Part shown: positions 1 to 11,500 of the stretch, piece by piece
How positions within the stretch are numbered: the first letter of the stretch is position 1
How the letters are laid out: the number at the start of each line of letters is the position of its first letter
DNA from: Azolla caroliniana
Lineage: Eukaryota; Plantae; Polypodiophyta
Length of the DNA stretch: 64,000 nt
Direction of reading: 5' to 3'
Assembly (NCBI GenBank): GCA_043228905.1
Contig: JBHGNT010000003.1
Span: 15,686,001-15,750,000, forward strand
Program-made: the position numbers and the translations under genes
Notes under the pieces: model-generated
Told to the model about the DNA's origin: nothing
Seen by the model: the letters and a program-made list of their open reading frames with translations, nothing else
Databases searched by the model: none

Positions 1-1304
1 TCCCTTGTTCCTTTCATGATTTGTTGACACAGTTAGGAATTGGATGGATTTCCCTCCGCTTTGGCTCCGAATTCGTGCGAAAGCCGCACCGCTATCGAGC
101 ACCTTTGTCTCCATTCGTGAAGCCATGATAAAGGGTTGCCCGAGGATCACGGAATGTGAGACCTCGTCTTGTACGAAGAAATTTTGGTCAATCTCGACAT
201 CCCCGATCTTCACCATCACATCCGGACAAGCCGCAAATAGATCTTTCGTTGCTTTAGTGGTTTCCTGGATCTTCCATCCATGGTTAATGTTTATAGGCCA
301 CTTCCCCTTCTAGTAGAACTCCTTGGACATCAAATTGATCTCTGATCCGTGATCAATCAATGCTAGCATGGGCTCTTTGATGTTGCTGATTCGGACCGAA
401 GTCTCCATAGTTGCATGTGCCCAATGTGGCCTTGTGTAGTGGGAGTTCGGAATTTCGTCCTCCACTTCGGTGTCATTCATTAAAACTGTGTTCGCATTTA
501 CCCTTGGAGTATTTTCCTCTGTATTTTGTCTTTTTCTTTTCATGAGATCACAAGAAGGTCATGGAACTCCTTCGCTATTCCGAGTAATTCCTGAAGTGAA
601 AATTCCACCCGGCTATCAAGGATTCTCTCTTCAAACACTTTCTTTAGGTCCGTCTGTTGTTTGATGTCCAAAGCGAGTTTGAATGCTGGAATTGTTTTCC
701 CTTTCCCCTTCCCTTCGGAGTTCCTGCTCTCCGGCGTCTTTGAAGGTTCGGCCGCATCATCCGTGCGCCGTCATTTTTCATCCACATACACTTCATGCAA
801 TTGACATAGCGCATGTACGCTATTCTTATCTACGGGGCACTCCCATCCCATAGTTTCCCGGATACATTCCGTGGCGCTTCGGATTTCATCATGGTCTGCT
901 TTCTTCGAAATTTCTAGCATTTCCGGCCAAAAAGACGCCTTTGTTGCAGATGACTCCCCGACACGTATTTCCGCGGTTGTTGCATAATCGCTTTTCGCCG
1001 CTATTTCCTCCTCGAGGACCTTCTTCATGCCGCCTTTCTGGAAGTTCGGTCGGAGTGGCTTCCGAGAGTCCATTGAATGGATCCGATTTCCTTCGTAATA
1101 GATAAGATTCCGTCATAATGCCTCCTTGTGCTCGTCGCAATCCCTCCGATCATGTTCGGAGCCATCGCACCATATGCACCGACAGTCGATATACTTGGAG
1201 CTTGTGGGACGGTCATCCGACTTCTTTACCATCGCGATTTTTAGATTCTCCATTTCTTTCATCAACTGCTCTACCGTGGTTGCGTTGATTCCCTTCTCGG
1301 TCGT

Positions 1305-1739
1305 TGTTACCGGCCGACAAAGGAGTCCAGAGTGGGAAACGGAGAGTTATTTAAGTAGTAGGAATGTGGTTGTAATTAAGCTATGAGTGTGGACGGACGG
1401 ACCGGAATCGGTATGCCGTTCCGGATCCGGACCGATCCCGAACAGGTGCGGATGGCACCGTTTTGTAATACAGACCGGAAACCTATTTAAAGGCCCGGAT
1501 ACAATGTAATGAACAATGGTTAATTAATAAAAGCTTAGCGTTGTTATCTCTCTGTGTTAATTGCCGTTCTGTCTTAATTGTTATATCTTACGCGTGTGAT
1601 TATGAAAGACGATCATGCTAAGTAACTTAATTAAGTCGGATTAAGCGTTGAGTCTAATCCGGTTGCCGTAACACCCTTTGGTGACGTGTCTTCCGTAGAC
1701 ACCCTGTGTTAAGCCATTGTCCGGCCCTAAGAGTTAACA
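1305..1739 (+). repeat. 5' LTR of A1, followed by PBS-like TGGCGACCAC at ~1747
   Basis: TGTTA...TAACA terminal inverted repeat, TATA-like tatttaaa ~1484, TGG-starting PBS just downstream. Confidence 0.8.
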
Positions 1740-1792
1740 CAGTTTTTGGCGACCACGATTCCTGTTTTTGCAGCAAACGAGGGCACGGATAG

Positions 1793-4700
1793 ATGTCTAG
1801 ATCAACGCACGACCTGGTTACAAATCGAACTCGACGCCTTGCCGAAAGGCAAAGGAGACGCGAGGCTTTCCAGCAAGCGGTGCAGGAAATTAGAGTGGAT
1901 CGCTCGTTTTCCAACGTAATCCGGAGAGTAGCGGAGGACTCCCTCTGGTTACAGCAAACATCGCACCCGGATGACGGTAGTAGCCTAAGCAGCCTCCGGG
2001 AAACCGAATCCCTTCTCCACGCGTTGGCAAACGGAGAAGGCGAAGTAGAAGCCTTTTCAACATATGAATCAGACTCCGAAGAGGAATACAACGTGCACAC
2101 GAAGTACCGTAGCAGCAACGAAACCCCGGGCGGATCGGAGGACGAAGGATCGGATACCTTACCGACACCGGAACCGTAAGTGCTAACGCTGGAAACCCCG
2201 GAACCAGCAGAGGAAGAGCGACCTCCGACATCGGAAGTCGAAGAGGAGAGGCCTCCGTCACCAAAAGAAGAGGAAAAACCACCGACGCCGGAAACAAATC
2301 GGGAAAGACCACCGACGCCGGAGAAAATTCTGGAACGAGCACCAACACTGCCAGCCCGCGCACCGATACCGGACGACGACATGCCGTTCCAGTACTCCAA
2401 GTATAGAGATGATCCGGACGCGGAAGCTCATGTGCACGCCTTTGAACAGACATGGGAAGCCAACCATGTGTCCCATCGATTGACCCCGGATGAAGAAGAA
2501 CGCTCTAAGATAGCGGAATTTGGCGTCACATTGGAGGGACCGACAACAAGATGGCGCCGGACGCAGGACCCGTCTACCATCACCACCTTTGCAGATTTAA
2601 AAGCTAAATTCTTGCATTTTTTCCAAAAGGAGGTGGACTAGACCGTAATGGTAGGCTTATTTTATACCATCCGATAAGAGGCAGGGGAGAGCATTCCCCA
2701 ATTTGTCATCCGGTTTCAACGGATGCATAGTCAGCTTGCCTGCGCACCCCCGCAGGAGGAATTACGAACTATATTCCTAAACGCGCTCCGAGAACCCGTA
2801 CGCACGGTTTGCACGGTGATTGACTTCCGCACAAGTACCATCGACCAGGTCATTGACCGGGTGAGAGAGATGGAAAAGACAAGCTCCTGGCTCACACTGG
2901 GAGCACTCCAACGGGCGTTACCGTCCGATGAAGACCTCCGGTTTCGGCAAGCAATACAGTGCACAACCTGCTTGAATTCCGGACACTCGGCTCTAGAATG
3001 CACTATGAGGACGCAATGTGTAATCTATCAATCCAAGAGCCATACGACGGATAGGTGCGAGTATAATCTATTGAACCGGCAAGCACCGCCCGTCCGACAA
3101 ATTGAGCCACGCAGCAACCAGGATGAAGAAGAGGAACGCTGGTGGCGAATGGACCGAGACCGACCGGCACAGGATGTCCGGTATGGCGATCGACGAGAGA
3201 ATGATGTCTGGTACGGTGATCGGCGGGATAACTATGACCGGCATGATCGGTACCGGGATTACAATAGACGATACGAACATTACGACTGGGAGCACTCCCC
3301 CGGGTATTGTCAGCAACGGGAGTAATACGGCAGATATAACGGGCAACCCCGTCAAGAGTACCGCAATAAGAAGAGCTATAACAAAAAACGACATTTTAAA
3401 AAAGGCGGCTACCCATGGGATCCGGAACAAGGAGCTCCAAGCAACCTACCGTTCCAAAACCCCACGCGTACTGCAGGACCTGCCCCGGGTACAACAGACA
3501 ATGCCGAATCCAACAATACCCGGAAAGCCTACTACTACTATTGCTGACAGGAAGGCCATTATAGTAACCAATGCCCAGTGAAGAGCTATGAAAAACGACT
3601 GGCGGTAAATATGGTAGTCCCTGAGGTGGCAGATCTGTAGCAGGTGACCACAAGGTCGAAGGGCATGGCCAAGGAATGGGAGACGCAGGAGACCATCCGG
3701 AAACAAGCAACGGAATGGGTAAAGAAAGCAAACGAGCAGAATGTCACAAACTTATAGTGGCAAAAGGAGAACACCGTAGGGTTTGCCGGCGGTAGTCACT
3801 CCGAGAACGAGACATGGTAGGCGTTGCACGAATGCCAGATTACGTTGCCACTAGGAAGACTCCTACAACTCGTGCCAAGATTCACGGAAAGACTGAAGAC
3901 GGCCATGATGACAGGAGAACCATCACCGGCACCGGTACTCTTCTCGAATCCGGAGGAGGGACCAACGGTGGTAGACACCAGCAGTCCGGTAATCACTGCC
4001 ATTGTAAAAGGGAAAGAACTCCCCGGCACAGTTATAGACGGAGGCTCTAGGGTGAATGTAATAAGCCTCCGGACGTGTGATGCCCTAGGAATCCACGAGT
4101 GGGAGCCGTGTCTGTTCTGGTTGCGGATGGCCGATACAAGCTCAGTGCGGCCGACAGGATTAATACGGAAATTAGAAGTCACCGTCGGCGGTCATACATT
4201 TCACATCTCGGTAGTAGTGCTACAATTATAGGCACAAGGCGCATACCCGCTATTGCTGGGGCGACCATGGTTGAAAACGACACATATCAAACAGAATTGG
4301 AGGCAAAATATAATTACCTTCCGGTGAGGAAAAGCAAAGGTACGGGTACCAACACAGCCAAGGACGAGCACTGGCAAGGAATGGTCACCGTTGTATGCGG
4401 AATGCGTCAACATGCTAGAAGGGTTAGCTAACGAAGAAGAAGCTCAGTACTTGCAGGAAAACCCGAAGATCATACCCCTCTTCGAAATTGACATTGCCGA
4501 AGCAGTAGCACCATACTTACTGCAACCGGAAGAGGCTGAAGTAGAACCGGATAAAGACGCAATCTGGGAGTTACGGCAAGCGCAGGAAGCGTTGGAACGG
4601 GAAATGGCCGTTTCACAGCGCGTAAAAGCGTTGCAACTGGAAGAGGTGAACCTAGGGACCACGGACGAAGCAAAACCGGTGCACATCGCCAAGGAGATGA

Positions 4701-6924
4701 AGTTCGAAGACAAAACGACGATGATCACACTTCTCACGGAATTTTGCGATGTGTTCGCCTGGTCATACGAAGACATGCGAGGACTCGACCCTCAGTTATA
4801 CCAGCATCAGGCTCACTTGAGCAAGGACGCAAAACCAGTGGCACAAAGATGGTACCGGATGAATCCCAATTATGCCGCCAAAGTCAAGGAGGAAATCGAC
4901 AAACTGCTAAGAGTTGGCTTTATCCATCTGGTAAAGAAAGCGACATGGCTGAACCCGATCGTAGTCGTACCGAAGAAGAACGGAAAAATTCGAGTTTGTG
5001 TGGACTACTGGAAACTCAATGCAACTACGGTAACGAATGCGTTTCCACTTCCGTTCACAGATGGAGTGTTGGATGCCGTTGCCGGGTGTTCGTGGACGCC
5101 TCCGACATCACAATCAGAAGCGTACTGATGCAGCTTACGGAACCAAAGTGGTACCGGCCTGTGTACTATGCCAGCCGAAAGCTATCCCAAGCCGAACGGA
5201 ACTACTCTACCATGGAACGGGAAGCTCTAGGGATGATCTACAGTGTGACAAAGTTTCGGCATTATTTATTAGGAAGAAAGTTTTCCTTCCTTGTAGATCA
5301 TTCGGCACTCCTTTACCTGGTGTCCAAAGCGTCACTCACCGGCAAATTGGCCCGGTGGACCTTACTGTTACAGGAGTTCGAGTTTGAAATATTCCACCGA
5401 CCCGGTATACAGCATGCCGTGGCGGATTACTTAAGCCGATTAGAGTACGGAGAGGCGGATGAGTTTCCGGATGCGGAGCTGTTTCGAGTCACTACGGAGA
5501 CGACAGCAGATGAGACGGTGGCACAGGAAGACAAGTGGCTCACAAATATGCACCAGTTTCTGAGCACAGGACTGCCTCCGGAGGAGATGAACCGGGACGA
5601 ACGGAAACGCCTGGCGGTGCAAAGCTGACATTTCTGCTTATTGCAAGACACACTTTACCACAAGGGCGCGGACGGCATATGGAGACGGGCGGTGCGCAGC
5701 GATGAAAAGGAACTGATACTGAGGGAAGCCCACTGTGGAGTTGCCGGAGGTCACTATGCCGGAGATGCGACGGCCAGGAAAATATGGCAAAGTGGCCTAT
5801 GATGGCCAACGACATTAAGAGATGCGGTACGGTACGCAAAAGAATGTGACCTATGCCAGCGAATGGGCCAGCCAATGGAGCAGGCTCGTATGCCACACCA
5901 GCCGGTATTACCACTCGAGCCATTCCAGAAGTGGGGGTTGGACTTTGTTGGACCGTTCAAACCACCGGCAATGAGAACGGGTAATCGATACGTCATCGTC
6001 GCAACGGATTACTGCACGAAATGGGTGGAGGCCAAAGCATTAAGGGACAACACCGTTGCGTCAACGACGAAATTTCTATACGAGTACATCTGGTGCCGTT
6101 ATGGATGCCCAATCGAATTAATAAGAGACCAAGGGGGGCACTTTCTCAGGCAAGTAGTGGAAAGCCTGATGACATTCTATGCCGTTGTCCAGAAACGGAG
6201 CACACCTTACTATCCGCAAGCGTTCGGTTTAGCGGAATCAACGAACAAGACGCTCTAGAATATCCTCTGGAAGATTGTCAACGAAAACCGAACGGATTGG
6301 GATACCAAGCTACATAGCGCGCTTTGGGCATACCGGACGGCATACAAGACAAGCATCCGAACAACACCGTTCCGGTTAGCGTTCGGACTAGAGGCGGTAA
6401 TGTCGGTGGAATTCCAATTACCCAACTTACGGATCCAGCTACGGGAACGGCTGAACGAGAAGGAGTCTGAGGCAATATGGTTAACAGCGCTGTGTGAACT
6501 CGAGGAACAACGACTGGCAAGCATCCTGCACTTAGAATTGGAACAACGGCGACGGAAAGCATTTGTCGACCGGCACAGGAAAGGAAACGAAAAAATGTTC
6601 GCAATCGGCAAACCGGTGTTAGTATTTCAGACCCGGATGGGCAAGATGCCGGGTAAACTACGGTTTAGATGGACCGGACCGTATTGGCTAACACGGGAGT
6701 ATAATGGGTCCTACCAGTTAGGGACACTTGCCGGGGAAGTGCTAGGCAAATGGGTCAACGGATTCCGATTGAAGCCATATAGAGGACCGATGCCTAAGAA
6801 CCCATTTGAGCAAAGGACCGACACTAGTGAGGGAAACGGCAACCACCAAGACGGCAGAGACGGCGAGTCGGTAACTGGGGAGAATGAGGCCGGTAAGGGT
6901 CCGAGAGGACCAACGGACAAGTAA
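1793..6924 (+). pseudogene. A1 gag-pol pseudogene (gag, Zn knuckles, protease VIDGGS, RT N-terminus with core deleted, RNase H, integrase)
   Basis: ORF pieces 1793/2180/2723/3824/4391 share one frame and 4744/5863/6400 share another. Motifs CTTCLNSGHSALEC, VVVPKKNGKIRVCVDY, VFVDASD...EREALG...VDH...ADYLSR, WGLDFVGP. Confidence 0.9.
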
Positions 6925-7298
6925 CGTCACACTAATAATAATAATAACCAAAAATTTTAAAAAACCAATCATGCAAAAGCGAGGAATGAATTGATGAAAG
7001 AGCGAGGAGCGAAAAGGTATGTAGTGGGCATTTAAAGCGCCACCACAAGACATAATGCTATTTTAGTACACGACATGCACATACTCGAAAAAGGCGCCAA
7101 AATGCACAGACAAAAACCACTGCGCGTAGAGACCCTTTACTTTCGCGAACCCAGGAGCACAGAAGCACCAAGACGCTGCAAGATCATCAGACGAGAACCT
7201 ACGCACAGAGAACCCCCGCCTTCTAAACTCTCTCTCTCTCTCAATCTCACTCTCATCACCATCCAACCTCGCCACCGCAATCCGAGCTCCACACAAAC

Positions 7299-9395
7299 AT
7301 GGACCCGCAAACGTTGTCGGAAGCCGCCAAGACATGGCTAAAGCAACACGGCCTCAAGGGCTTCTTGATGATGATGGAAGTACCGCCACACAAAGAAGCC
7401 GACAAAGTGATCAAAGAAATCGACACAGAGGTCATAACGGCAGAGGCGATTCGAGCGTTAACAGGCCTTCTGGAGGGAGGAATACTCACGATTGACAATC
7501 CAACCCCGGAGCAACTCATCAGGTATTTTGGTGAGTACTCTCTAGCCAACAAGGGCTACCGGACACAGGGCGGCGGAGATATGTTGTTCCGCGAGATTGC
7601 TCGTGTGCTCCACGAATATGGCCACGTGTACCCTAGACCCCCTGTCATGCCGCAGAACTGGGCAGGGATGATCATCGCCACCTATGAAGGGATCAAGGTG
7701 GATTGGCCGGTATTGATCGCAGACGGTTTGTGTGCGGCGATCGAGATCGTCAGAGGCAAAGACGACAAAGAAGGCCGAGACGGACGGAGGATATGGCACA
7801 CTGTAACGCAGTGGCTCACCTTGCTTGTGCCACCCGTCTAGCCCGTCCAGCCCAAGAAGCGAGGAAGAGTGGCGGACGGCACCCCAAGGACGGCTTCCAA
7901 ACAACAACAGTTGTTGGCCTCTAAGGCCACTAAGGGGAAGGCGGCGGATGCAAAACAGGCGGGAAAGGAGAGCGGCAGCCGGAAGCGGCCAACGGAGGCG
8001 CAGGAGGAACCACCGGCACGGCCCGTAAAGGTTACACTCCGCCGACCGGTGAATAGAGAAGCAGACCCCTTGGCGGCAAAACTCAATGCCAGGACTCAGG
8101 AAGAGGAAATAGAGGAGGAGCCTACGGAGCACCTCTAGCGACGGTCGTCAGCAAGGACCGTTGAGGCAGCCGGGAAACGCTCGGACCCTCAGAGGGAGGG
8201 AACACCGGCTCCCCATACTGAGACTCCCACGCCAAGGAAGGAACCGGAACCGGTGCGCATGGCACCGGAATCAGAAGCCCCGGCACCACCGGCAACACTG
8301 GCAAGTCCCATCCCGCCAGAGCCGGAAAGGTCAATGCAGCCTCCCTCGGCCAGCCAAGAAGAAGCGCAAGGGGAACCAGAACAGAAGGGTGGTCCACAGG
8401 CAGAAACGGAACTGCAACTCGGGGCAACCAGGGGGGACCACCCATTTACAAGTGAGCCCATCTGTCAAACCTCCGTGCAAGCACAACAAGGTACCGGTAG
8501 CCTGTGCCTTTGGTGGATAGGCGAACAGATAACCGGAGCAGTGGGGTATATTGAGGCGGAAGAAAGAGCGCAAAGCGAACGGTTGCTCGTCACAACTGAA
8601 CAACTAGAGACAGCCCGGTCCAGAATCCTGTGCCTTGAAAAAGACTTGGATCAGGTCATGACAGAGATGGCCAAAATGGCCTTAACGGCAACACAGATCC
8701 AATCACCGGTGACTCCGGTAAGTGTACAGAATAAAGAAACGGATCGACCTGTACATACCAATAAGACCCCGGCAACGGAAACTGTTCCGGCAAGAGATGC
8801 GGCACAGGCCTAGGAGCTTGCGGAATTGAGAGATGAACTTGCCGCACAGGAAGCGCTGAGGAGCCGTGAACGGGAATTGAAGACAGCGGTCGAAGCCGAA
8901 TTAAAGAAGACTGCTGAGAACCTCCGCTGGGCAGAGGAGAGCCTCCGGAAAGGCCATCAAGCGTACGACCGGCTAAGGGAGGAAAAAGACAAAGTGCTGC
9001 AGGAAAAGGACAAGCTGCGGAAGACGGCGGAAACGGAAATTGAACGGCTAAAGGAAGAGCTCCGCCAGCAGAAGGACCACGAGGACCGGGCCCGTAGACA
9101 GATCAACGCACAGCTCAAGCAAAAGACAGATGATTTTGAGCACCTGCACCAGGACTACAAACGGCTGGAAACGGAGCATAAGGAACGGATGGCCGAGCTC
9201 CAACAGGAAGTTGATCGGGCCGCGACGGCGATCGCCGACGAACGTGCGGAAAATAAAAGACGCTTGGACGAGGCGGAGAAGGTTCGGATGGAGCTCCAGA
9301 GGCAGCAACAGGAAGAAAAAGAGAGAGCGTCAATTACCCCGTACGAGCTGTACGGAGAGTCAAGTGTGAAGAGCGAGGGTCGAATAGTATCATGA
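7299..9395 (+). pseudogene. Extra sense-strand ORF downstream of pol in A1 (~690 codons, three TAG stops): globular N-terminal domain, Pro/Glu linker, coiled-coil C-terminus
   Basis: ORFs 7299, 7869, 8253 and 8826 are all in one frame, broken only by TAG at 7839, 8136 and 8811. A homologue lies at 33301-35479. Confidence 0.8.
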
Positions 9396-9398
9396 TGA

Positions 9399-9839
9399 TG
9401 TTGTATATGTGTAGGGAACATAAATGTAATTGTGAGTCGATATGTATGTGAACACATGCACACGTGTGTGCATGTGGAGGGATACGATGAGGTGTGAGTG
9501 AGTGTCCAATATGAATGCTCTAGGGGGCTTACACCCCTTTGTATCTACCCCCTCTTGTACTATTTAACCCCCTTATGGGGAATGAATGAAACATGAATGA
9601 ACATTTCTCTCTATCTCTCTTTTCATCTCTCTCTCTCTCTCTCTCTCCCCCTCAACGTTGAACCCCCTTGGTAGGGGGGTGGAGCCATTCTAGGCACCAC
9701 CCCCCACCCCACAATGCTTCTCTATATGATCTCTCTCACCATCATACTCTCCATCACCATGTCTATCTTCATTACCAATCATCATAGTTATCATTCATCA
9801 TCATCATCGTCCTTAACCCTAACCCTAAAACGTACAACA
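9399..9839 (+). repeat. LTR of a different family forming the 3' end of the A1 insertion
   Basis: Perfect TGTTGTA...TACAACA inverted termini, tatttaa ~9561 followed by a CT tract, no visible similarity to 1305-1739. Confidence 0.75.
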
Positions 9840-11500
9840 GTCGTAGTCTCCCGAGCCCGCGGTTGATGGTCTTCCGATCCGGATCTCGGTTTTGGAATCG
9901 GTTTCGAAACCCTCTTTTCTTCGTTGGCAAGCCATTGCCCCCTCTTTATGTATCGCGCGACGATATCCCGCACGTTTTCCCATGTTTCAGTGAGGCCACT
10001 CTCGGTAGTCGTGTCCTCTAGAAGCACTCCAAGATCTTTTTGGTCCCGGACGTCTACGGCTCGTAAGAACATGATAACTTTGTCCGGTGCGAGGATATCT
10101 TGATCTCTCGCAGAAAACCTCCCGAACTGACTTTCGAATGTCGAAAACACATCGAGGACCTTCATCCCCTTGTCTAGCGTTTCCACCCAATCCTCAAATC
10201 CTCTCTGCGTTGCCTTGGAGGAGTCCTCGATAGCGAAGGTGGTCTTTAGCACCTCTTCAAATGCTTCCCACGTCGGATTTTGTTGTCATAGGCCATGGAT
10301 ACTTGCTTGAAGTCCGTCCGTAGCTACCCGGTTGAAGGATGTCACTTGCAGTCCTTCCGAAATCCCGCACAGTATCATTTCCGCCTTGTAGTCCCGAAGA
10401 TAGCGTGAAACGTCCTTTCCATTGAATTGCCCGATCTGTTGCATGAGCCGCTCTACTGTCGCCGCTATCTCCGACATTGCACGTTGTCTCCGGTTGGTTT
10501 TCCATCTCCTTGCCACCCGTGTTCACGTCGGGTTCACCACTTGTGCCGTGCCTTTCGATGCCGGATCGTTTGCGTGAGTCGGGTGGGAACTGCTGGGGTT
10601 TTGGACTAGGAGAAAGAAGAATATGAAATAATGTTAGTTAGGAAGAGATTGTAAGAAGAAGATATGAAACTCGTGAATCCCACGAGTATAATGTATTGAT
10701 GGGTAATTAGATTGTAAGAGAGAATTAGATGGAAAAATCGTGAATTCCACGAATATTTTGTATTAATTAATCCTTCCAAAAAAAAATCAACAACTATACA
10801 TTTTTCTCTCTTCCTTATATAGTGTTGGAAGAGTCTAAGTTTATCACATGCAAGCATCATGCTTTTCCTAACTTTAGTTTTCATTCTCCTATGAATTCAC
10901 CTCCTACCTCCAAAGTGAAGGAATTCGGAGAGAATTCTCGTGCCGACACACACCCCAACAAAATGGAGTCGCCGAAAGGAAGAATCGGCAAATACTTGAG
11001 GTAGCATGTGCCATGATGCATGAGGAGCACATGCCAAATTTCTATTGGGTTGAAGTAGCATCCATGGCCGTCTATCTTATGAATCGATGCACCACTAATC
11101 GAGTACATGAGCTAACTCCATACGAGCTCCTCGTCGGAAGGAAGTCGATCCTGTCGCCCCTCAAGGTGTTCGGAAGCATTGCGAATGTACGCATCCCGAA
11201 CGAACAACGAAAAAAGCCCGACGCGAAGTCGGAGTAATGTAGCCTCATACGATACTCGTCACAGAAGAAAGCATACAAGTGCTACAACCCTTCTACCCGA
11301 GCGGTTCGGGTAAGTCGAGACGTTGTCTTCGACGAATTCGCATCCTGGTACGCAACAGAGACCACTTCGACTCCGACTCTGCTCGGAATCCGCTGAACAA
11401 GAGGTAGAAGATGGAGATCGCTTCAAACACATGTTCGAAGAAACTTCGATTACGGCAAACCCTAGTGGGCGACAAGAGCCCCCACGTGACCCAAGCACAT

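Larger units (their letters stand above)
1305..9839 (+). mobile_element. Ty3/gypsy (non-chromovirus) insertion A1, decayed, flanked by TSD GTCGT (1300-1304 and 9840-9844)
   Basis: TG...CA termini, a 5-bp direct repeat on both sides, host ORF rejoins in frame, internal gag-PR-RT-RH-INT order. Confidence 0.9.
1..10910 (-). mobile_element. Degenerate Ty3/gypsy element G1 (fungal-like protease family): truncated 5' LTR ~10543-10910, gag 9845-10516 continuing at 1304 downward, protease ~300-420; split by the insertion at 1305-9839
   Basis: Gag start 'MSEIAATVERLMQQIGQFNGKDVSRYLRDYKAEM' and protease 'LALIDHGSEINLMS' are homologous to the element at 11501-18658. Removing 1305-9839 and one TSD restores the frame R-E-T-T-T-E-K-G-I. 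Confidence 0.85.

Noticed and set aside
1654-2476. Long antisense and alternate-frame ORFs (248 aa, 187 aa) over A1 gag
   Set aside because: Shadow frames of GC-rich repetitive coding sequence; no recognisable domain.
1793-9395. Programmed read-through or RNA editing of the many in-frame stops
   Set aside because: The stops fit C-to-T decay of methylated CAG/CGA/CAA codons, and the element also has an RT deletion.
9813-9828. CCCTAA x2 telomere-like motif (also aaaccctaaaccc ~63026)
   Set aside because: Only two units, inside retroelement sequence; telo-box-like at most, not a telomeric array.
9399-9839. Independent solo LTR interpretation
   Set aside because: Flanks GATGA and GTCGT do not match; the right flank matches 1300-1304 instead.
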